DNA of 20,000 nucleotides from Raillietiella orientalis (Eukaryota), in contig JAYWIR010000084.1 of NCBI GenBank assembly GCA_036172245.1, positions 293,545 to 313,544 of the forward strand. The letters run 5' to 3'. Of the stretch, positions 1 through 8,053 are shown one piece after another; the first letter of the stretch is position 1; every line of letters starts with the position of its first letter. The position numbers were made by a program, and so were the translations under genes. The notes beneath the pieces are model-generated. The model did no database searches, was not told the origin of the DNA, and saw nothing but the letters and a program-made list of their open reading frames with translations.

Positions 1-110
1 AGAACCGAACTAATTTCAAGATGGCAGGATTTGTGTTAGTCTGGTTTTCATGGCAACCATTTTTGCAATGGACAGATGAAGTTTTTTACCCTCCATCTTC
101 CTTTTTTCAG

Positions 111-122
111 TGCAAATTTGCA
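111..122. repeat. Perfect 12-bp palindrome TGCAAATTTGCA, present in nearly every monomer (first instance given)
   Basis: Self-complementary 12-mer. It extends to CAGTGCAAATTTGCAGTG (108-125) with one G/G mismatch. Confidence 0.9.
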
Positions 123-249
123 GTGTCTGCTGATATCTAATCAATTTCTATAATGTCGATTACATCTTTAAGCTCCTTCCGAGCATCCGAACGGATTCCT
201 TTCCCCGTGGATGCAACGGCACCTTTATCACATCCCCACTTCCTCGGAA

Positions 250-266
250 TCCCTTGCTCCAAGGGA
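250..266. repeat. Inverted repeat TCCCTTG-CTC-CAAGGGA (7-bp stem, 3-nt loop) in most monomers (first instance given)
   Basis: TCCCTTG (250-256) is the reverse complement of CAAGGGA (260-266). Confidence 0.85.
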
Positions 267-278
267 AGAAATCATAGG

Positions 279-556
279 AGAACCGAACTAATTTCAAGAT
301 GGCAGGATTGTTGTTAGTCTGGTTTTCATGGCAACCATTTTTGCAATGGAGAGATGAAGTTTTCTTCCCTCCATCTTTCTTATTTCAGTGCAAATTTGCA
401 GTGTCTGGTGATTTCAAGAAAATTTCTATAATGTCTATTACATCGTTCGGCACCTTCCGAGCATCCGAACGGATTCCTTTCCCCATGTATGCAAAAACAC
501 CTTTATCACATCCCCACTTCCTCCGAATCTCTTGCTCCACGTGAAGAAATCATAGG
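279..556 (+). repeat. Representative B-type monomer (variant 'P')
   Basis: Central block reads GGTGATTTCAAGAAAATTTCTATAATGTCTATTACATCGTTCGGCACC. It also carries TTTCTTATTTCAG, ATGTATGCAAAAACACC and CTCCGAATCTCTTGCTCCACGTG. The same variant starts at 1391, 7498, 8886, 15678 and 18175, with a close relative at 6109. Confidence 0.92.
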
Positions 557-834
557 AGAACCGAACTAATTTCAAGATGGCAGGATTGGTGTTAGTCTGG
601 TTTTCATGGCAACCATTTTTGCAATGGACAGATGAAGTTTTTTACCCTCCATCTTCCTTTTTTCAGTGCAAATTTGCAGTGTCTGCTGATATCTAATTAA
701 TTTCTATAATGTCGATTACATCTTTAACCTCCTTTTGAGCATCCGAACGGATTCCTTTCCCCATGAATGCAAAGGCACCTTTATCACATCCCCACTTCCT
801 CGGAATCCCTTGCTCCAAGGGAAGAAATCATAGG

Positions 835-1946
835 AGAACCGAACTAATTTCAAGATGGCAGGATTTGTGTTAGTCTGGTTTTCATGGCAACCATTTTTGC
901 AATGGACAGATGAAGTTTTTTACCCTCCATCTTCCTTTTTTCAGTGCAAATTTGCAGTGTCTGCTGATATCTAATCAATTTCTAAAATGTCGATTACATC
1001 TTTAAGCTCCTTCCGAGCATCCGAACGGATTCCTTTCCCCGTGGATGCAACGGAACCTTTATCACATCCCCACTTCCTCGGAATCCCTTGCTCCAAGGGA
1101 AGAAATCATAGGAGAACCGAACTAATTTCAAGATGGCAGGATTGGTGTTAGTCTGGTTTTCATGGCAACCATTTTTGCAATGGAGAGATGAAGGTTTTTA
1201 CCCTCCATCTTCCTTTTTTCAGTGCAAATTTGCAGTGTCTGGTGATATCTAATCAATTTCTATAATGTCGATTACATCTTTATGCTCCTTCCGAGCATTC
1301 GAACGGATTCCTTTCCCCGTGGATGCAACGGAACCTTTATCACATCCCCACTTCCTAGGAATCCCTTGCTCCAAGGGAAGAAATCATAGGAGAACCGAAC
1401 TAATTTCAAGATGGCAGGATTGGTGTTAGTCTGGTTTTCATGGCAACCATTTTTGCAATGGAGAGATGAAGTTTTCTTCCCTCCATCTTTCTTATTTCAG
1501 TGCAAATTTGCAGTGTCTGGTGATTTCAAGAAAATTTCTATAATGTCTATTACATCGTTCGGCACCTTCCGAGCATCCGAACGGATTCCTTTCCCCATGT
1601 ATGCAAAAACACCTTTATCACATCCCCACTTCCTCCGAATCTCTTGCTCCACGTGAAGAAATCATACGAGAACCGAACTAATTGCAAGATGGCAGGACAG
1701 GTGTTAGTCTGGTTCTCATGGCAATCATTTTTGCAAAGGACAGATGAAGTATTTTTCCCTCCATCTTCCTGATTTCAGTGGAAATTTGCAGTGTCTGCTG
1801 ATATCTAATCAATTTCTATAATGTCGATTACATCTTTAAGCTCCTTCCGAGCATCCGAACGGATTCCTTTCCCCGTGGATGCAACGGCACCTTTATCACA
1901 TCCCCACTTCCTCGGAATCCCTTGCTCCAAGGGAAGAAATCATAGG
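835..1946 (+). repeat. Four-monomer higher-order block (variants R-S-P-T), copy 1
   Basis: Ordered diagnostic variants: CTAAAATG; then GAAGGTT/TTATGCTCC/CATTCGAA/CCTAGGA; then the P variant ending CATACG; then GGACAGGTG/AAGTATTT/CCTGATTTCAGTGGA. The same order recurs at 6942-8053. Confidence 0.88.
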
Positions 1947-4900
1947 AGAACCGAACTAATTTCAAGATGGCAGGATTTGTGTTAGTCTGGTTTTCATGGC
2001 AACCATTTTTGCAATGGACAGATGAAGTTTTTTACTCTCCATCTTCCTTTTTTCAGTGCAAATTTGCAGTGTCTGCTGATATCTAATCAATTTCTAAAAT
2101 GTCGATTACATCTTTAAGCTCCTTCCGAGCATCCGAACGGATTCCTTTCCCCGTGGATGCAACGGCACCTTCATCACATCCCCACTTCCTCGGAATCCCT
2201 TGCTCCAAGGGAAGAAATCATAGGAGAACCGAACTAATTTCAAGATGGCAGGATTTGTGTTAGTCTGGTTTTCATGGCAACCTTTTTTGCAATGGACAGA
2301 TGAAGTTTTTTACCCTCCATCTTCCTTTTTCAGTGCAAATTTGCAGTGTCTGGTGATTTCAAGACAATTTCTATAATGTCTATTGCATCGTTCGGCTCCT
2401 TCCGAGCATCCGAACGGATTCCTTTCCCCGTGGATGCAACGGAACCTTCATCACATCCCCACTTCCTCGGAATCCCTTGCTCCAAGGGAAGAAATCATAG
2501 GAGAACCGAACTAATTTCAAGATGGCAGGATTGGTGTTAGTCTGGTTTTCATGGCAACCATTTTTGCAATGGACAGATGAAGTTTTTTACCCTCCATCTT
2601 CCTTTTTTCAGTGCAAATTTGCAGTGTCTGCTGATATCTAATTAATTTCTATAATGTCGATTACATCTTTAACCTCCTTTTGAGCATCCGAACGGATTCC
2701 TTTCCCCATGGATGCAAAGGCACCTTTATCACATCCCCGCTTCCTCGGAATCCCTTGCTCCAAGGGAAGAAATCATAGGAGAACCGAACTAATTTCAAGA
2801 TGGCAGGATTGGTGTTAGTCTGGTTTTCATGGCAACCATTTTTGCAATGGACAGATGAAGTTTTTTACCCTCCATCTTCCTTTTTTCAGTGCAAATTTGC
2901 AGTGTCTGCTGATATCTAATCAATTTCTATAATGTCGATTACATCTTTAAGCTCCTTCCGAGCATCCGAACGGATTCCTTTCCCCGTGGATGCAAGCACC
3001 TTTATCACATCCCCACTTCCTCGGAATCCCTTGCTCCAAGGGAAGAAATCATAGGAGAACCGAACTAATTTCAAGATGGCAGGATTGGTGTTAGTCTGGT
3101 TTTCATGGCAACCATTTTTGCAATGGACAGATGAAGTTTTTTACCCTCCATCTTCCTTTTTTCAGTGCAAATTTGCAGTGTCTGCTGATATCTAATTAAT
3201 TTCTATAATGTCGATTACATTTTTAACCTCCTTTTGAGCATCCGAACGGATTCCTTTCCCCATGGATGCAAAGGCACCTTTATCACATCCCCGCTTCCTC
3301 GGAATCCCTTGCTCCAAGGGAAGAAATCATTTTAGAACCGAACTAATTTCAAGATGGCAGGATTGGTGTTAGTCCGGTTTTCATGGCAACCATTTTTGAA
3401 TGGACAGATGAAGTTTTTTTCCCTCCATCTTCCTGATTTCAGTGCAAATTTGCAGTGTCTGCTGATATCTAATCAATTTTTTTAATGTCTATTACATCTT
3501 TAAGCTCCTTCCGAGCATCCGAACGGATTCCTTTCCCCATGGATGCAAAGGCACCTTTATCACATCCCCACTTCCTCGGAATCCCTTGCTCCAAGGGAAG
3601 AAATCATAGGAGAACCGAACTAATTTCAAGATGGCAGGATTGGTGTTAGTCTGGTTTTCATGGCAACCTTTTTTGCAATGGACAGATGAAGTTTTTTACC
3701 CTCCATCTTCCTTTTTCAGTGCAAATTTGCAGTGTCTGCTGATATCTAATCAATTTCTATAATGTCGATTACATCTTCAAGCTCCTTCCGAGCATCCGAA
3801 CGGATTCCTTTCCCCGTGGATGCAACGGCACCTTTATCACATCCCCGCTTCCTCGGAATCCCTTGCTCCACGAGAAGAAATCATAGGAGAACCGAACTAA
3901 TTTCAAGAGTGCAGGATTGGTGTTAGTCTGGTTTTCATGGCAACCTTTTTTGCAATGGACAGATAAAGTTTTCTTCCCTCCATCTTCCTTTTTTCAGTGC
4001 AAATTTGCAGTGTCTGGTGATTTCAAGACAATTTCTATAATGTCTATTACATCGTTCGGCTCCTTCCGAGCATCCGAACGGATTCCTTTCCCCATGGATG
4101 CAAAGGCACCTTTATCACATCAACACTTCCTCCGAATTTCTTGCTCCGCGAGAAGAAATCATAGGATAACCGAACTAATTTCAAGAGTGCAGGATTGGTG
4201 TTAGTCTGGTTTTCATGGCAACTTTTTTTGCAATGGAGAGATGAAGTTTTTTACCCTCCATCTTCCTTTTTTCAGTGCAAATTTGCAGTGTCTGCTGATA
4301 TCTAATAATTTCTATAATGTCGATTACATCTTTAAGCTCCTTCCGAGCATCCGAACGGATTCCTTTCCCCGTGGATGCAAAGGCACCTTTATCACATCCC
4401 CACTTCCTCCGAATCTCTTGCTCCACGAGAAGAAATCATAGGAGAACCGAACTAATTTCAAGATGGCAGGATTGGTGTTAGTCTGGTTTTCATGGCAACC
4501 ATTTTTGCAATGGACAGATGAAGTTTTTTACCCTCCATCTTCCTTTTTTCAGTGCAAATTTGCAGTGTCTGCTGATATCTAATCAATTTCTATAATGTCG
4601 ATTACATCTTTAAGCTCCTTCCGAGCATCCGAACGGATTCCTTTCCCCGTGGATGCAACGGCACCTTTATCACATCCCCACTTCCTCGGAATCCCTTGCT
4701 CCAAGGGAAGAAATCATAGGAGAACCGAACTAATTTCAAGATGGCAGGATTGGTGTTAGTCTGGTTTTCATGGCAACCATTTTTGCAATGGACAGATGAA
4801 GTTTTTACCCTCCATCTTCCTTTTTTCAGTGCAAATTTGCAGTGTCTGCTGATATCTAATCAATTTCTATAATGTCGATTACATCTTTAAGCTCCTTCCG

Positions 4901-6941
4901 AGCATCCGAACGGATTCCTTTCCCCATGGATGCAAAGGCACCTTTATCACATCCCCACTTCCTCGGAATCCCTTGCTCCAAGGGAAGAAATCATAGGAGA
5001 ACCGAACTAATTTCAAGATGGCAGGATTGGTGTTAGTCTGGTTTTCATGGCAACCATTTTTGCAATGGACAGATGAAGTTTTTTACCCTCCATCTTCCTT
5101 TTTCAGTGCAAATTTGCAGTGTCTGCTGATATCTAATCAATTTCTATAATGTCGATTACATCTTTAAGCTCCTTCCGAGCATCCGAACGGATTCCTTTCC
5201 CCGTGGATGCAACGGCACCTTTATCACATCCCCACTTCCTCGGAATCCCTTGCTCCAAGGGAAGAAATCATAGGAGAACCGAACTAATTTCAAGATGGCA
5301 GGATTGGTGTTAGTCTGGTTTTCATGGCAACCATTTTTGCAATGGAGAGATGAAGTTTTCTTCCCTCCATCTTCCTTTTTTCAGTGCAAATTTGCAGTGT
5401 CTGGTGATTTCAAGACAATTTCTATAATGTCTATTACATCGTTCGGCTCCTTCCTAGCATCCGAACGGATTCCTTTCCCCATGGATGCAAAGGCACCTTT
5501 ATCACATCCCCACTTCTTCCGAATCTCTTGCTCCACGTGAAGAAATCATAGGAAAACCGAACTAATTGCAAGATGGCAGGATTGGTGTTAGTCTGGTTTT
5601 CATGGCAACCATTTTTGCAAAGGACCGATGGAGTTTTTTTCTGTCCATCTTCCTATTTTCAGTGGAAATTTGCAGTGTCTGCTGATATCTATTCAATTTC
5701 TATAATGTCTATTACATCGTTCGGCTCCTTCCGAGCATCCGAACGGATTCCTTTCCCCATGTATGCAAAGGCACCTTTATCACATCCCCACTTTCTCGGA
5801 ATCCCTTGCTCCAAGGGAAGCAATCATAGGAGAACCGAACTAATATCAAGATGGCAGGATTGGTGGTAGTCCGGTTTTCTTGGCAACCATTTTTGCAATG
5901 GACAGATGAAGTTTTTTCGTCTCCATCTTCCTGATTTCAGTGCAAATTTGCCGTGTCTGCTGATATCTAATCAATTTCTATAATGTCGATTACATCTTTA
6001 AGCTCCTTCCGAGCATCCGAACGGATTCCTTTCCCCGTGGATGCAACGGCACCTTTATCACATCCCCGCTTCCTCGGAATCCCTTGCTCCAAGGGAAGAA
6101 ATCATAGGAGAACCGAACTAATTTCAAGATGGCAGGATTGGTGTTAGTCTGGTTTTCATGGCAACCATTTTTGCAATGGAGAGATGAAGTTTTCTTCCCT
6201 CCATCTTTCTTATTTCAGTGCAAATTTGCAGTGTCTGGTGATTTCAAGAAAATTTCTATAATGTCTATTACATCGTTCGGCACCTTCCGAGCATCCGAAC
6301 GGATTCCTTTCCCCATGGATGCAAAGGCACCTTTATCACATCCCCACTTCCTCCGAATCTCTTGCTCCACGTGAAGAAATCATAGGAGAACCGAACTAAT
6401 TTCAAGATGGCAGGATTGGTGTTAGTCTGGTTTTCATGGCAACCATTTTTGCAATGGACAGATGAAGTTTTTTACCCTCCATCTTCCTTTTTTCAGTGCA
6501 AATTTGCAGTGTCTGCTGATATCTAATTAATTTCTATAATGTCGATTACATCTTTAACCTCCTTTTGAGCATCCGAACGGATTCCTTTCCCCATGAATGC
6601 AAAGGCACCTTTATCACATCCCCACTTCCTCGGAATCCCTTGCTCCAAGGGAAGAAATCATAGGAGAACCGAACTAATTTCAAGATGGCAGGATTTGTGT
6701 TAGTCTGGTTTTCATGGCAACCTTTTTTGCAATGGACAGATGAAGTTTTTTACCCTCCATCTTCCTTTTTCAGTGCAAATTTGCAGTGTCTGGTGATTTC
6801 AAGACAATTTCTATAATGTCTATTGCATCGTTCGGCTCCTTCCGAGCATCCGAACGGATTCCTTTCCCCGTGGATGCAACGGAACCTTTATCACATCCCC
6901 ACTTCCTCGGAATCCCTTGCTCCAAGGGAAGAAATCATAGG

Positions 6942-8053
6942 AGAACCGAACTAATTTCAAGATGGCAGGATTGGTGTTAGTCTGGTTTTCATGGCAACCA
7001 TTTTTGCAATGGACAGATGAAGTTTTTTACCCTCCATCTTCCTTTTTTCAGTGCAAATTTGCAGTGTCTGCTGATATCTAATCAATTTCTAAAATGTCGA
7101 TTACATCTTTAAGCTCCTTCCGAGCATCCGAACGGATTCCTTTCCCCGTGGATGCAACGGAACCTTTATCACATCCCCACTTCCTCGGAATCCCTTGCTC
7201 CAAGGGAAGAAATCATAGGAGAACCGAACTAATTTCAAGATGGCAGGATTGGTGTTAGTCTGGTTTTCATGGCAACCATTTTTGCAATGGAGAGATGAAG
7301 GTTTTTACCCTCCATCTTCCTTTTTTCAGTGCAAATTTGCAGTGTCTGGTGATATCTAATCAATTTCTATAATGTCGATTACATCTTTATGCTCCTCCCG
7401 AGCATTCGAACGGATTCCTTTCCCCGTGGATGCAACGGAACCTTTATCACATCCCCACTTCCTAGGAATCCCTTGCTCCAAGGGAAGAAATCATAGGAGA
7501 ACCGAACTAATTTCAAGATGGCAGGATTGGTGTTAGTCTGGTTTTCATGGCAACCATTTTTGCAATGGAGAGATGAAGTTTTCTTCCCTCCATCTTTCTT
7601 ATTTCAGTGCAAATTTGCAGTGTCTGGTGATTTCAAGAAAATTTCTATAATGTCTATTACATCGTTCGGCACCTTCCGAGCATCCGAACGGATTCCTTTC
7701 CCCATGTATGCAAAAACACCTTTATCACATCCCCACTTCCTCCGAATCTCTTGCTCCACGTGAAGAAATCATACGAGAACCGAACTAATTGCAAGATGGC
7801 AGGACAGGTGTTAGTCTGGTTCTCATGGCAATCATTTTTGCAAAGGACAGATGAAGTATTTTTCCCTCCATCTTCCTGATTTCAGTGGAAATTTGCAGTG
7901 TCTGCTGATATCTAATCAATTTCTATAATGTCGATTACATCTTTAAGCTCCTTCCGAGCATCCGAACGGATTCCTTTCCCCGTGGATGCAACGGCACCTT
8001 TATCACATCCCCACTTCCTCGGAATCCCTTGCTCCAAGGGAAGAAATCATAGG
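6942..8053 (+). repeat. Four-monomer higher-order block (variants R-S-P-T), copy 2
   Basis: Matches 835-1946 at offset 6107. Identical ORFs at 1411 and 7518 have the same offset. Confidence 0.88.

Larger units (their letters stand above)
1..278 (+). repeat. Representative A-type monomer (phase arbitrary, set by the window start)
   Basis: Central block reads GCTGATATCTAATCAATTTCTATAATGTCGATTACATCTTTAAGCTCC and contains the EcoRV site GATATC at 132-137. The 3' block reads CTCGGAATCCCTTGCTCCAAGGG. Confidence 0.95.

Noticed and set aside
89..123. Splice-acceptor-like polypyrimidine tract followed by TTTCAG and TTGCAG, suggesting a tandem exon array
   Set aside because: There is no consistent downstream GT donor consensus, and the following frame is closed by stops in A-type units.
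22..176. tRNA-, SINE- or 5S-derived unit with Pol III boxes (TGGCAGGATTGG as A-box-like; GTTCGGCTCC in B units as B-box-like)
   Set aside because: Both motifs mismatch the consensus and lie ~145 bp apart with T-runs of 4 or more (Pol III terminators) between them. No cloverleaf or 5S rRNA similarity is visible.
176..193. CENP-B box-like sequence on the minus strand (TTCGGATGCTCGGA)
   Set aside because: It does not match TTCGNNNNANNCGGG: the spacing is one base short and the conserved A and final G are missing.
1..278. Hammerhead-ribozyme satellite or retrozyme (unit size resembles newt satellite 2, schistosome Sm-alpha and non-LTR retrozymes)
   Set aside because: I found no CUGANGA core with a correctly placed GAAA on either strand. 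The nearest matches, CAGATGA (73-79) and CTGATAT (130-136), break invariant positions and lack the flanking stems. An Infernal/Rfam scan of a dimer would settle it.
11..278. Monomer as an ancient dimer of ~139-bp halves (AATTTC 12/143, TGCAANGG 64/212, CTTCCT 97/239)
   Set aside because: The matches are short and their offsets inconsistent (131, 148, 142), so they cannot be told from chance by eye.
2225..2501. 277 versus 278 bp length variation as homopolymer sequencing error
   Set aside because: The shorter T-tract before CAGTGC co-occurs repeatedly with U-type substitutions (units at 2225, 6665, 8054, 16234, 16788, 19287), so most length variants look genuine. Isolated ones could still be errors.
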